Notes: generated by a model from the sequence alone, not told the origin. Positions 1-13,528 are shown, counted from the stretch's first letter. The stretch: DNA of 64,000 bases from Alloascoidea hylecoeti (GCA_001600815.1 BCKZ01000002.1:1062294-1126293), one strand, 5' to 3'. A program made the numbers and translations.

Positions 1-65
1 GAAATTAAATTTCTAGTAGAATAGCTCAGTTATACTAACAATCTTTATTCTTCAATATAACATAG

Positions 66-2607
66 TTTACAGAGTGCTGATCATGATGTTATCGTAATCC
101 AAGGCTCTGGCCCTGAAGCAAGTCCAGTGCTTGTCTCTGGAAATGTTGTTTTATCGCTAAGTGAGCCTATGACTATCAAGAAACTCACCTTAAGATTATA
201 TTGTACCGCTAGAGTACACTGGACAGATGAACCTTCAACCGATAACAATCTTGTTCCAGCTAGACATGTTCGGTTTCAGCAGTGTGTCTATGATCATACG
301 TGGGACAATTTAATCCCTATGGATATGGCTAAAGATCCCACAAAAAGTCGCTTGAGATCAGGTTCATCGGCCGTATCGCTTCAAAACTTGGCCATTGGTT
401 CAGCATACTCCAGATCAACAGGCAGAGCAAGGTCAAGCAGCATGTTGTCACAATCATCCCTTTCTCCTTCAAATTCTAGGTCTACTACTTCTCTGTCATC
501 TACAGCAGTAAATCAGTTTCCTAAGGGCAACTATGAATTCCCTTTCCACACCATTTTAGATGGCGAAGCACCCGAATCTGTTGAAGGGTTCCCTTTCGCA
601 TCATCCGTTTATAAATTTGAAGCAACTATCGAGAGAGGACGTTTCACTGCAAACATTCAGACTAAAAAGCATTTACGAGTAGTCAGAACTTTAAGGCCAG
701 ATAATGTTGAATTATCTGAAACCATGTCTGTTGATAATACGTGGCCAAACAAAGCTGAATATCTTGTTAATATTCCATCGAAGGCCATTGCAATTGGATC
801 TTCTGTTCCCGTTAGTATATTAATGGTACCTTTATTGAAAGGTTTGAAACTTGGTGATATAAAAATAACATTATGTGAAACATCTTCTTTGGAAACAGCG
901 TATTACCAATATCGTACCGATGAACGAATCGTACTTGAAGCTAATATCCCAGCACTGGAAATAACTGAAAATTCAGATGATTTTGAATTCGAAAAGCAGA
1001 TAACAGATGATAGGTGGGAAATTGAGGGGTATCTTCAAATTCCTTCTAATCTCTCAAAATGTACACAGAACTGTGATGTTAGTAAATATATAAAAATAAG
1101 GCATAAGCTTAGATTTGGCATATCGTTAATCAATCCAGATGGACATATCTCTAAAATAAGAGCAGCTATTCCTGTTAGTTTATTCATTTCACCGAATATT
1201 ACCTTATCTTGCCGACACGAACGTGAAGATTTAGAGCCTGGTCAACACTGGGTTGAAGAAAACTTATTTGAAGCTGTAAATAATGGAAATCCCACACAAA
1301 GACACTTAGGAAATGGTGATATCCAAGCGCCACCAAATTACTCAGATCATATTTATGATAGATTATGGTGTGATATATCTCCATCTGTATTTGATACGCC
1401 TCTTCCTTCTGGCTTAACCACACCGGGAGATATGATCCCAGAAGCAGTCTCTTATAACTTACAAGCTGCTTCTGATATATTAGTTGACGAGATGCAAACT
1501 GATAGCGAGCGAAATCTATCACATGCTTTAGGAAATCTTCACCTCGCAAAAGGTAGTCCTCATTATCAGGATGTTGTGTTTTCTTTTTCACCATTACAAA
1601 ACGGTCCAAGAACCTCTGGTTCAGACGATGGGAATCAAAATCATTCACAAATAGCTGAATTCTCTCATGTTTCAAGGGACGTATCACCATCTCCAATGTT
1701 AAACTGGCATAATTTAGATCCTAGTAAAGTCGCCGAAATCCAGTCATTATCAAGAGTTCCATCCTATGATACAGCAGTCAAAGGAGAACCTACCGCTACA
1801 GCGACTGATGAACCTGCTCCATCTTATGCGCCCAGTGTATTGGCAACCCCTGCCACAATCCCAACAACTTTAACTTCATTTACCCCAACCCAAGAAGAAT
1901 CTTCTCCTCGTTTCCATATTGGGTCGTACAAAAGTAAAAATCATAAAAGAGGTGATAGTGGGAAATCATTGAAATCACCCCGTAAATCTGTGAGTAAGGT
2001 TAATCTCAATTTACTATTTGAAGGACGCTCTAGAGGGAATAGTACTGGAAGCCACACAAAGAGCTTTGCATCATCTCTAACAGGCCTATTACGATCAACA
2101 AGAAGCAGTTCTGCTCTTAATAATATGGTAGGTTCAAGTTCAAGAAATACATCATTCATAAATTTACCTGAAATCAAAATGTCTGATACTTCTGGAACGG
2201 ACGTTCCCCCTGTTATACCTAATGAACATTATTTAAATCCATCAATTATAAAACCTGTTTCAGCGGTTAATGTTTCACCTATCCAAGGAGACATTGAGGT
2301 GCCAAGTTTAGCTGTTCCCATACCTGCACCAGCTCCAACATACACTTCTTCAATTCATGAGCATTCAAGACCAAGTAGTCCTTTTGACAAATATGCTGGC
2401 TTACTTGAATCTCCAGGATTAGTAAACATGGGATCACATTTATCACCAAGTCCTTCATTCGTCTCATTACCACTGCAAACAGCTGCTGTTATATCTGATG
2501 ATTCATTAGAGGAGACACTATCAAAATCACCTGCTTTGGTTCGAGCCCAACAAACAACGGCTAAACCATGCTTAAATCTAAATGATTCGAGGGTCTTTGG
2601 ATTCTGA
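66..2607 (+). CDS. Alpha-arrestin / Rsp5 adaptor of the Rod1/Rog3 (CreD) type; last exon only, 5' exon lies upstream of the window
   Basis: Arrestin N/C motifs (GNYEFPF, YKFEATIERG, KKHLRVVRT, DNTWPNK, IRHKLRF) and PY-like motifs PPNY, VPSY, APSY. Branch point TACTAAC at 33-39 and 3' splice site CATAG ending at 65. The frame is open from 67 (LQSADHDVIVIQGS), so GTG at 127 is not the start. Confidence 0.85.
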
Positions 2608-2904
2608 CTTTATTGATCTGAATCAACTTATTTATATAAACAATAAAAAAGAAATATATCACACATCCACTTAAGAACCTTTAAAAATGTTGATGCCATT
2701 GCTTATAAAAATTTGAAACAACTTGCTTATTATTGCATACACTATAGCTCATTAGATTATACTAAATCATCATAATATTCATAGCAATTACAATAAAATG
2801 AAAAAATGAATAAATGAAACACATTATATAATAATAATAGTCATCTTTGGATTTTTAGTTCATTATTTAGAATCAATATTAGAGGCCATGTCTATGAAAT
2901 CCAA

Positions 2905-2923
2905 ACACACACACACACACACA
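2905..2923. repeat. (CA)n microsatellite
   Basis: Run of AC/CA dinucleotides between the convergent arrestin and TEF1 3' ends. Confidence 0.9.
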
Positions 2924-3372
2924 TATTGACTTGAGTCAAGGGAGATCTAACATAAGCATTATTTAAATTTGTTCAATACTCAATACTGGATGTATAACTT
3001 TAGTTCCCGTTTCCGTTTTTATTAAACCCTTATTATATACATGTATATCTTTCAAACATAAGGTTACTTATAGAAAAAATGAAGCAACAAAACATTCACT
3101 ATATATTTATACTAGTTGAAAAATTATAACTACAATATTGAAGAATATAGAATGTGTAGCATTGTGTTCAATTATAAATCTTAAAATTGATAATACATAT
3201 TGAAATTAACGAAATCTAACAACATTCAATATTATCATTATAAACTTTTTTTACATTTACTTCAATTGAAAATTTTGATATTTAAGTTAAGATACAAAAT
3301 ATGTATTAATAGTTCTTATTTAATTATAATATCTAAGATAAGTAGTAACAATTAAACGAATTTGTAACAAGC

Positions 3373-4933
3373 TTATTTCTTACCAGCCTTGGCAGCAGCC
3401 TTGGTAACCTTACCGGCCTTATCAGATTTCTCAACAGATTTGATAACACCAACAGCGACGGTTTGTCTCATATCACGGACGGCAAAACGACCAAGAGGTG
3501 GGTAGTCAGAGAAAGCTTCAACACACATTGGCTTAGAAGGAACCATCTTAACAATAGCAGCATCACCAGATTTGACGAATTTTGGATTATCTTCCATCTT
3601 CTTACCAGTACGACGATCAATCTTTTCAACTAAAGTGTCGAATTTACAGGCAATGTGGGCGGTATGACAATCCAAAACTGGTGCGTAACCAGCAGAGATT
3701 TGACCTGGATGGTTCAAGACAATGACTTGAGCATTGAAAGATTCAGCACCTTTTGGTGGATCATTCTTAGCATCTCCGGCAACATTACCACGTCTGATTT
3801 CCTTAACAGAAACATTCTTGACATTGAAACCAACATTGTCACCTGGAACACCTTCAACTAATTGTTCGTGATGCATTTCAACGGACTTGACTTCAGTGGT
3901 GACACCGGCTGGGGCAAAAGTAACAATTTGACCAGCTTTAATGACACCAGTTTCAACACGACCGACAGGCACAGTTCCAATACCACCAATCTTGTAAACA
4001 TCTTGGAGTGGGAGACGGAGAGGCTTGTCAGTTGGACGAGCAGGTGGTTCAATGGCATCAATGGCTTCCAATAAGGTTTTACCCTTGTAAGAACCGGTTT
4101 TGGTTTCTTTGGTCCATCCCTTGTACCATGGGCAGTTAGAAGAGGCTTCAATCATGTTATCACCGTTCCAACCAGAGATTGGGACGAATGGAACAGATTT
4201 AGGATTGAAACCGACCTTCTTGATGAAGTTAGAGGCTTCCTTTTGGATTTCCTTGAAACGGGCTTCAGACCATTTGACAGAGTCCATCTTGTTGACGGCA
4301 ATGATCAATTGTCGAACACCTAAGGTGAAAGCCAATAAAGCGTGTTCACGGGTTTGACCATCCTTAGAGATACCAGCTTCAAATTCACCAACACCACCAG
4401 CAATGATGAGGATAGCACAATCAGCTTGAGAAGTACCAGTAATCATATTCTTGATGAAATCTCTGTGACCAGGAGCATCAATGACAGTAACGTAGTATTT
4501 AGGTGTCTCGAATTTCCATAAAGCGATATCAATAGTGATACCACGTTCACGTTCAGCCTTAAGCTTGTCAAGAACCCAAGCGTATTTGAAAGAACCTTTA
4601 CCGAGTTCAGCAGCTTCTTTCTCGAACTTTTCAATGGTTCTCTTATCAATACCACCACACTTGTAGATCAAATGACCAGTGGTTGTAGATTTACCGGAAT
4701 CGACGTGTCCAATGACAACAACGTTAACATGTGTCTTTTCTTTACCCTATTTTTATTGAAATGTTAGAAGTTGTTCAAAAGTAGTTAAATTCATGCAGTG
4801 ATCGACGGCTGTCATAATAGAAAAAACTTCACAACGGTGTCGTATCTCACGCCACATATACGATGAGGAGGACCAATATGACAACCGAAAGATTTGGAAC
4901 ATGAAAAAAAAAAGACAAGACAAGACATACCAT
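3373..4933 (-). CDS. TEF1: Translation elongation factor eEF1A; exons 4933-4931 (ATG only) and 4746-3373, intron 4930-4747 (184 nt)
   Basis: Typical EF-1alpha sequence. Spliced N-terminus reads [33 protein letters not shown]. Donor GTATGT directly after ATG, branch TTCTAAC, acceptor ATAG. Confidence 0.98.
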
Positions 4934-5068
4934 TATGAATAGTGATAATTTTAATCAAATATATATATAACTCAGGAGGAAATGCAATTGATTTCTGGTG
5001 TGAGTAGACAAAGAAAAAAAAAAGAAAAGAATCAAAGAAAATGGAAAATTTTCTCCTTTTATAATATT

Positions 5069-5079
5069 TGAAAAATTTT
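5069..5079. promoter_or_regulatory. RRPE-like element TGAAAAATTTT in the TEF1 promoter
   Basis: Exact match to the RRPE consensus about 140 bp upstream of the TEF1 ATG. The background is AT-rich, so a chance match is possible. Confidence 0.4.
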
Positions 5080-5223
5080 CTCTATTTTTTTAACTTTGGC
5101 AGTGAAGTTACCCTCTTTTTCTACAGTATAATTTTTCAATTTTTTGGCATTAAAAATATGCTAAATTTTTCATTGATCTCAATTTATTATAATTATTTTG
5201 TATTTTTAAATTCAAACATATTA

Positions 5224-5225
<2 letters not shown>

Positions 5226-5255
<30 letters not shown>

Positions 5256-5267
5256 CTTCTTCTTCTT
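5226..5267. repeat. (CTT)n trinucleotide microsatellite, about 14 units
   Basis: Direct reading; lies in the divergent promoter between TEF1 and the ORF at 5484. Confidence 0.9.
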
Positions 5268-5483
5268 TGGAAAGAATAGATGGCCCAAAATAGGGTCTTT
5301 CAGGTTTGTCCTGGCGCTGTACTCAAAGTTACTTATTAAAATTTTGTTTTGCGGTATTTTGAGGAATGATTTATATGTGCAAAGAAGAAAAGTAAACAAA
5401 GCTTCTTTTTTCGTCTTTGTGTCTGCTCGATCAATTCATTATTATCATATATATATATATATTCTATCTATTAAGTTGCTGCC

Positions 5484-6770
5484 ATGAAAAAAACGGTCGA
5501 CGACTTTTTACAATCCGTGGTTCCAAATGACCAAACTCCAGATGAAACCTCCCTTGCTTCATCTAAGCGTTTAATATCAAAGGTTAAAAAACTGGCAGAA
5601 AAAGAAAGAGAAGAGGAAATGAAGATGGACTTCCCGGCTAATGAACCTCCCGCATTACAATCAAATATCATTGATATAGAAAATAACAACAGTACCGACG
5701 GTTTGTGGAGTGAGGTGTTGAATGAGATTAATAATAAGGGATTAAAATTTGACCCCAGGAAAGTAAGAATAGAAATCTCCGAATTGGATGATTCAAAAAC
5801 ATTTCCACTTCAACAACCCAAAGCCTCTGCCACATCTGAACACGATAGCTTGTGTATAGATCAATTATCTTACGAGGATGAATTGGCTAGTGAAGATCTC
5901 GAAAGTGTTTTGTCTGACGTTAAAGAAAGAGATATCATTATACCTAAAATGAGTAATCCAATACCCAACAATAATGATTCCAAACCGCATACCCCAAATA
6001 ATCATGGTAATCATTTACGAAATCTTTTCAGTAAAATTTCCTCTAAATTATTGCCAAGATTAAGAAGATCTCCTCGTCCTGTTAAAAATTCAACTTTCAA
6101 TATATACGATACCAATAAAAATAAAACTACAAAGACTATTAATACAACATATCCACTAATCTCCCCTTCTAATAAACCGAGAAATTATGCTTCAGTGAAT
6201 GCTATTGATATCCCCAAAACTAATGATTTTATTCATCAATATCAATTATCAGATAATAGTGCTGTACAGTTTACCGAAAATTCAGGTGATGGAAAGGCAC
6301 ATTTGCTGAATCCTTTGACATTAAGAGATATTCTTATTGATGACATGCAGGCTACAATTAGAGTTAATTCTAAAGGAAAAATTAGTTCTGAGATTAAAAC
6401 ACTTACCCATTTCTTAAATGATGACTCAACCTATGATTATGAGCCTCAAATACCAGTAATAATGGGCATTGATCCCGAACTCGCTGCTTGTGAAGCGGAT
6501 AGCTTGAGCAAGTTACTCCCAATAACAACCCAGCTTACAAAGATCAAGACTAATGGATGCATAATAGAGGAGAGCAGGAAGAGTATTAATAATGATCACC
6601 TATTTTCCACTCAATCTAATCCAAATAAACACCAAAGTTTCAGATTTCCTGACAACAATTACGGCATTACTACTGAAGATTTAAATCAAAAAACTGATGA
6701 AGATATATCAAAGGGACATAATGAAGGTGGTGAGTATTCCTCTATTGTGAAAATGTTTCCCCATAATTAA
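5484..6770 (+). CDS. Hypothetical 428-aa low-complexity protein, no family recognised
   Basis: Long ATG-initiated ORF in very AT-rich DNA, divergent from TEF1, ending 23 bp from the next gene's stop. Confidence 0.7.
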   Translation: MKKTVDDFLQSVVPNDQTPDETSLASSKRLISKVKKLAEKEREEEMKMDFPANEPPALQSNIIDIENNNSTDGLWSEVLNEINNKGLKFDPRKVRIEISELDDSKTFPLQQPKASATSEHDSLCIDQLSYEDELASEDLESVLSDVKERDIIIPKMSNPIPNNNDSKPHTPNNHGNHLRNLFSKISSKLLPRLRRSPRPVKNSTFNIYDTNKNKTTKTINTTYPLISPSNKPRNYASVNAIDIPKTNDFIHQYQLSDNSAVQFTENSGDGKAHLLNPLTLRDILIDDMQATIRVNSKGKISSEIKTLTHFLNDDSTYDYEPQIPVIMGIDPELAACEADSLSKLLPITTQLTKIKTNGCIIEESRKSINNDHLFSTQSNPNKHQSFRFPDNNYGITTEDLNQKTDEDISKGHNEGGEYSSIVKMFPHN

Positions 6771-6793
6771 AAGATGATTATGATGTACAACTG

Positions 6794-8590
6794 TTATAGC
6801 TCATAAATAACTTGCTGCTTATTAAATAAACATACTCTAGTAGTATCCTGTCTGTGGTAGATCCAATAATCATCAATGAGCCTGAAATGTTCCATATTTT
6901 TGTAGCTGGTCTGATATTGATCTTCTAAAATTTCATTTTCGAATAAATTTATTCGTTTATTTATGGTATTGATCTCTTTATGACCAAATAACTGTTGAAA
7001 AAAAGCAGGTTCACCAAACTTTGATCTAAATTTATGACCTAATAATATTTTCGTCTTAGTTGATAATTGAGATAATTGATGTAATGTTTGTAACAGAGGT
7101 TCATAATAAGTAGAATTATAAGAACAATCAGAAAGAATAATTAAATCCCAAAATTCACCAGGAGATATAGAATCGATATTTTCAGTTGATATCATTTTCC
7201 AAAACTTTTCATTTGTATTTTTAGGATTCCAATTTTTATTTGGAACAGGAAAATGTTTATCATTCCAAATATAGGTTTGAAACTCAATCTTTTTAAGATT
7301 ATTAGAGTCATCATATGTATTCATATTGTTTAAATTTATATTATAATTTGATAAATCTTTAGCATCTGGTAAATCAGTAAGCAGAACATTTGAATTTGGT
7401 AATAATTTTGAAATCGATATACCTAATAAACCAGTACCAGATCCTAATTCCAAAATATTAATATTATTATGATGATGATTTTGTTTAATTATGCAAGGTA
7501 TGAAAAGAGTTAAAATATATTTACTAACTATTAATCCACCATCCCATAAATGCCGTGCAATATCATGATTTGACTCTTCTAATATTATAAGTTCTTTTTG
7601 TCGTACAACATCTGCAGGTATGTTTTGATTTGAATTTGAATTTAAATTTAGATTAAAATTGAGATTTGAATCAATATCTTGGCCAATTTTAATTTTTCTT
7701 AACGAAAATTTTTCACTACTTCTAATATCATCAATTGCAACATTATTATGTTTAAATAATAATAGAGGTAATGAATATAATGTTAAGAATTCAATTTTTG
7801 GAATGATAATTTTTTCAACTTTGCTGGATTTGAATTTTTGTTTAGAATTTATAACGCCACAAGGGCTTCGACAGGTGAAGGATGAATTACATGGGTTATC
7901 TTGTGATTGGAGTATTCTGTTAGTATTGGGATGTTTCAGAACCTCATAATCATGATTATCTTCAACATGCTTATCAGTATTGTTATAGTTAACTGGGTTT
8001 AGTTCGTCTATTACTTCATTACTATTGATAACTTCAACAGAGACTGAAATAAAGAAGTTATCATTAATACTTGAAGATTTTGATTTAAATTTATTATTAT
8101 TATTAAGATGTTGTATTGCATGTTTAATTTGTAAAGAAGTTATTTCTATTTGATATAATATATCTCGATTTCCAATTTCCCATTGTATATTTGATTCATT
8201 AATAATTGGGAAGGATTTAAAATCACATGGCAAAACAGGATGATAATTGATTAACCTAGTTTTTCCATTATCATCATTATCATTATCATATGCATTATAA
8301 TTATTATCATGTAGTATTGTTGTTATTTTTAATGTTAAATTTCCATAAAAGAAAGAATCACCTAAATCAGTAACTATTGATATTATTGATTTTAAGCAGT
8401 AAGTATAATTTAAATTTGTTGTTGTACTTGAATTTTTTATAATATTACCTTCAGGTTTCCTTTTTAAGGAATTATTCCCCTTCGTATACTTCTTAGTCCC
8501 ATTAATATTCTTACTAATAATATTATTGCTATTATTATTTTTATTCAGCCGTATTAACGTAGGAGATTTTAAAAAACGAATATGAAACAT
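6794..8590 (-). CDS. Seven-beta-strand protein methyltransferase (Methyltransf_16 / METTL21-like) with Asn-rich insertions
   Basis: Motifs IARHLWDGG, ILELGSGTGLLG (SAM motif I), LLTDLP and DLIILSDCSYN. Likely start is ATG at 8590 (MFHIRFLKSP). Confidence 0.85.
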   Translation of the reverse strand: MFHIRFLKSPTLIRLNKNNNSNNIISKNINGTKKYTKGNNSLKRKPEGNIIKNSSTTTNLNYTYCLKSIISIVTDLGDSFFYGNLTLKITTILHDNNYNAYDNDNDDNGKTRLINYHPVLPCDFKSFPIINESNIQWEIGNRDILYQIEITSLQIKHAIQHLNNNNKFKSKSSSINDNFFISVSVEVINSNEVIDELNPVNYNNTDKHVEDNHDYEVLKHPNTNRILQSQDNPCNSSFTCRSPCGVINSKQKFKSSKVEKIIIPKIEFLTLYSLPLLLFKHNNVAIDDIRSSEKFSLRKIKIGQDIDSNLNFNLNLNSNSNQNIPADVVRQKELIILEESNHDIARHLWDGGLIVSKYILTLFIPCIIKQNHHHNNINILELGSGTGLLGISISKLLPNSNVLLTDLPDAKDLSNYNINLNNMNTYDDSNNLKKIEFQTYIWNDKHFPVPNKNWNPKNTNEKFWKMISTENIDSISPGEFWDLIILSDCSYNSTYYEPLLQTLHQLSQLSTKTKILLGHKFRSKFGEPAFFQQLFGHKEINTINKRINLFENEILEDQYQTSYKNMEHFRLIDDYWIYHRQDTTRVCLFNKQQVIYEL

Positions 8591-10821
8591 AATTATGAAT
8601 TTATGAGATACTAATAAAATATTGATAAACAAATATAGTTATTTGAAGAAAGTGAGAAAAAATTATTATATAATTATCTTGATGGATTACTAACTTTTCA
8701 TACAGAGATGAGTAATATATTACTAGCTTTTTTTCCATAGAGTAAAGGAGTTTAACAGTCATAACATTTAACAATAACATATTATTACAATATTTATGAC
8801 ATTTTTTATTTCAAAATGAATATTAAACATTTTTATGTTATTTTTAAAATTCTCTTTTCTTTAACGATTTAATTTTTTTCATCCCCCGCACTTTTATAAT
8901 TAAATGTTTTCTATTATTTTTTTAGTCTGATTGCAATTGCAATTTCAATTTCAAATGCGATTATTGAAGTTAAATTTTTTACTTATTCATTGAAAATTAA
9001 TTAAGCAAATTAAGCTTAAGATTTATTAATATTTAAGGGTGAATGTTTAAGCTATACCGGTATACCGCAACAATATAAACCGTTAGACAAGTAATCAATG
9101 TTAGTAATAACTATAAATGAATGATATATCAAAGTGTAAAGTAAAAGTATAAAATGAGAGGCTTTATCTTCTAATCAATGTGATCTAGATTAACGCTTTA
9201 TTATTAATGAACTAGCAAAAATCGTGAGTAAACAGATCTAGACGGGATTCTTAAAAAAGTGTATTATGATTCTTACAGTTCTAGCTAGAAAATCTTTTTC
9301 ATTCATTAATTAGTTATAAGAACGAATAATCAATTTAATTTTCAATTGAAATTTCAATTGAAATTGATTGTAAATTTTAAATTTTGAAAGATTTTAAATT
9401 TTATTTATACATGTTTCATGACGATTAATTATATAATTATGTTTCTATTATTTATACGATAATATCAATCAATGAAATGTTTAAAAAACGGGAAAAATGA
9501 AGGAGGATAAGATGCATTTGGAAACTGTGGCTGGTATGAAATATAAGATATCTAATTATAGAGATGCTAGTTATTTCTAGAAGTTTCTGGACATGTCAAA
9601 ATCTATAACTAATTAAAATTGAAAAAAGTGCAAACCAAACAATAATCAAATTATAAATCTGTTATATTACCAATATTATGTATATTATATATTATATTTT
9701 ATATATGCATTCTTAATCAAAAAAGGCGCACCATAAAATAATTAATGAATTAATAATTAGAGAATTAATTAAAGAAATATTATAACGTTTTCAAATCCCT
9801 TAAATCCTCATATGATGAATCATGATATGTTTTAAAAAATGTTGGTTAATTATAATCACGTGTGCAAAACTGTTTCAATTTTAGTTTGATAATTAATTAA
9901 TATTTTGAAGATATAAAGTTTAGTTGAATAACTTAAATATATACTTAAATCGTTCTATTATTCTTTGAAAGTATAAGTTATTGTATTGTCTGATATTATG
10001 TAGAGTACATTTCATCTTGTTCGTATTTCTTAATGGAGTATATTGAATCTAAAAATATAAATGATGTGAAATCTTTGATGATCAATCAGTCTATTATTTG
10101 TATTAATTTTTTAAAAAGAAGTATTAATTATATAATATTGAGAATAATATCAGTAAGCTGAGCATTTAATTAATAATTTTTATAAATATAGTAAATAATA
10201 AAAGTTGAATGATGATGATTTTGCAATTGTCTTAAACCCACACAGTAAATCTAAGACCAGCAAAAGTTAATTAAAGCAGGATACATATAACGTTGACAGA
10301 GTTTATAAGGCTTGACAAAAGTGTATAATGGTAAGTTTTAAAGAAGATATACATATATATTTATATATAAATTCCTAATTGGGATTAAATTCATTCGAAA
10401 GTGTATATGAACAAGGAATGCAGAGAATAATAAACCAATTGTAAACCGTTAATAACGTTGCAAGTGAGAACGAACATAACATTAGGTGAGTATATAATAT
10501 CAGCCATATGCATATATGGTATTAAGATTATATTACGTTGTGGAGTAGATATATATTTTTATTCTAATGATAAATACAATACATGAAGTTGACCATTTTA
10601 AACATAATACTGAACCCAAAAGAAAGAGTGTGTATAAATATGGAGTATGGGTTTCTTGGAATGATTATAAAGTATCTTTGCAGGAATTTAATATGAGGAA
10701 TGTATGTAATCACGCAGCACGTGCACCGCCATCTGCAAGTAGTAATATGCATAACTGCATGGAGCCAGAGATATGAATTATATAACACTGGGACTCCCCT
10801 GAAGAAGACTCACCAGATACT

Positions 10822-13428
10822 ATGCCTGCCAGAAAACGGCCTCCTGCCCCCGCCCCTGTCCAGCGTCCCCTCCAGGGCCTCCAGGGCCCTCGCCCACACC
10901 CGTCCCCGTCGCTTCCAGGCCCCACCATGCCCGCAGCCAAGAAGCAAAGAATCGTCCCGGAACAGGCTGTAAGTTGCTTGCATTGTACAATAAGCTCCAT
11001 ATGTCTAACCTCCATCCCCAAAACAGTGCGACTTTTGCAGAAGAAGAAAACTAAAGGTAAGCCATACTATCCTGTCGTGTCTCAAGCAGCCCTAGAAGCC
11101 CTAACACCCCACAGTGCTCCAAAGACCACCCAAGATGCCTCAAGTGCACCGAGATCGGACAGGATTGTGTCTACTCGCCCAGAGCCATGCGCTCTCCGCT
11201 GACCAGGGTCCATCTGACAAACGTCGAGGATCGTGTCAAGGCCCTGGAGGCGGTCATACAGAAACTGCTCCCCAAGTACTCCATTGACGACATACTGAAC
11301 CAGGTGTCCCCCGAAACCACCGAAGAACCTTCATCCTCATCCTCATCTTTTTCCTTTCCTTCGTCACATGACCCGAAAATCAAACAAGAACATCCTTCGG
11401 ATATCGACATTGACGTCCACATGGATAACGATAATCCATCAGACTCTAATTCTAAACTACGATCACAGTCACAGTCACAATCTCAACCACAATCACAATC
11501 ACAAGATTCAACCAATAATAATAGTAATACCACAAAAAAAGATTTCATACCCGAGTTACCTCCTGACGAAGCCCCAAATGAACCTTCGGGTTTCGAATGG
11601 AATGAGGAAATTGTAGACACCAAAGAGTCGGCCGCTGACGGGATGGCTGCTTTGTCCATCAACCCACAAGGTACCGGGTATCTCGGCATAGCGTCCTCCG
11701 CCGTGCTGCTACGTGCTTTACGTGTTAGCGTTTGGGACGAAGAAGTACGGAAGCCCGATACAAATGCTTTATTGCGTATTAACCAATCTGATAATTCAAC
11801 AAGTAACCAAAATAATGGAAATCAATTTATTCCTGGTTCTCCAATCTCCTCTTTTCCTAAAAATGTAATTTTAAAGTATATTGATGCTTATTTTACTTAT
11901 TATCATACTTCTTATCCTTTTATACATGAGGAAACTTTTAGAAAACAATTTAATGGTGAATCCCCAAAACCAAATGATGAAGTTTGGAAATTATTATTAT
12001 ATACAATCTTAGCCCTTGGTGCTTGGTGTGCAAGATCAAGAACAAATACTCAAAATGATGGTGATATTGATGTTATATTTTATGAAAATGCCAAAAAACA
12101 TTTATCTTCTCTATGTTTTGAAACTGGTTCAATTACTCTACTACAGGCTTTAACTTTATTAAGTAATTATGCCCAAAAAAGAAATAAACCAAATACTGGT
12201 TGGAATTACCTTGGTTTAGCTGTTAGAATGGCCTTTGGTTTAGGTTTACATAAAGAATTCCCTTCTTGGGAAACCGATCCATTAACTTTGGAAATTAGAA
12301 GAAGAATTTGGTGGGGGTTATATATGTTTGATGCTGGTGCTGCAATTACTTTTGGTAGACCAATTAATTTGCCTGATGCAAGTTTAATTGAAACAAAACA
12401 AGTATCAAATATAAATGATGAAGATTTAAATAATAAAGCAATTGGTTATAAAATAATTGAAAGAGATACTCCAACTATTTATTCTGGTATGATTTATCAA
12501 GTTAAATATACAATTATTTCAAATCGAATTTATAATCGTTTAATTGCAAAACCTGGTCCCACTGCTGAAGAAAGTTTAGAATTTTCAAATCAATTGGATC
12601 AATTAGAATCTGAATTACCTACTTATTTTAAAGAAAAAGATCCTTTTAAAACTGATTTACAATGGCTAGCTTTAACTCGTTATAGATTGATTTGGCGTTA
12701 TAAAAATATGAGAATTATTTTATTAAGAGCTTTTGTATGGCAAAATGTTTTAGTCAAAACAAAAAATAATTCTGTTTCTTCTAATAGTAATATTAATGGA
12801 ACAAGTTTAAAAGATTTAAATATAACCACCGGTTTAACGGCCGCTGCTGAAAAATGTAAAGATATTTGTCTTAATAATGCTCATGGTACAATATGGGCAA
12901 TAAATGAATATATAACAACTTATGAATTTAGTCAAATTGGTGTTTGGTATGCTGTTTATTTTTTATTTCAAGCATGTTTAATAACTATTGTTTCATTATG
13001 TTCGGATCCAATTTCAAAAGATGCTTCTATTTGGATACGTGATATAATTCAAACAAAATCAATTTTGTATACTTTATCTTCTTTAAATGGTGTTGCAAAA
13101 AGATTTATTAATATTATTAACCGTTTATGTGGTCCTTATTTGCCTCATCAACAACCTCAACCTCAACCAGCACCACAACAACATTCTCAACAACAATCGG
13201 ATGAATATCTTAATAAAGGACAAGAACGGAAAATTCCCGTTCCAAAACAGGTTCAATTACAGTCTCAAAATGAACAACCTCCAAATCCACAAAACCAACC
13301 ATTATATCAGCAAGTTCAACAATATCAAATGAAAAGACAATATCAAGAAGTTACTAATGTTGAACATGCTCAAGCTGTTCAAAATCAAAGAATACTTCAT
13401 TTACAACAACAACAGCAACAGCAACAGC

Positions 13429-13483
<55 letters not shown>

Positions 13484-13485
13484 GC

Positions 13486-13528
<43 letters not shown>

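Noticed and set aside
5068..5487. 139-aa ORF with poly-Phe and its antisense poly-Lys ORF
   Set aside because: Artefact of the (CTT)n microsatellite in the TEF1 promoter.
10564..11422. Cluster of short overlapping ORFs, including 10822-11202
   Set aside because: Explained by the GC-rich spliced 5' exons of GAL4 and their shadow frames.
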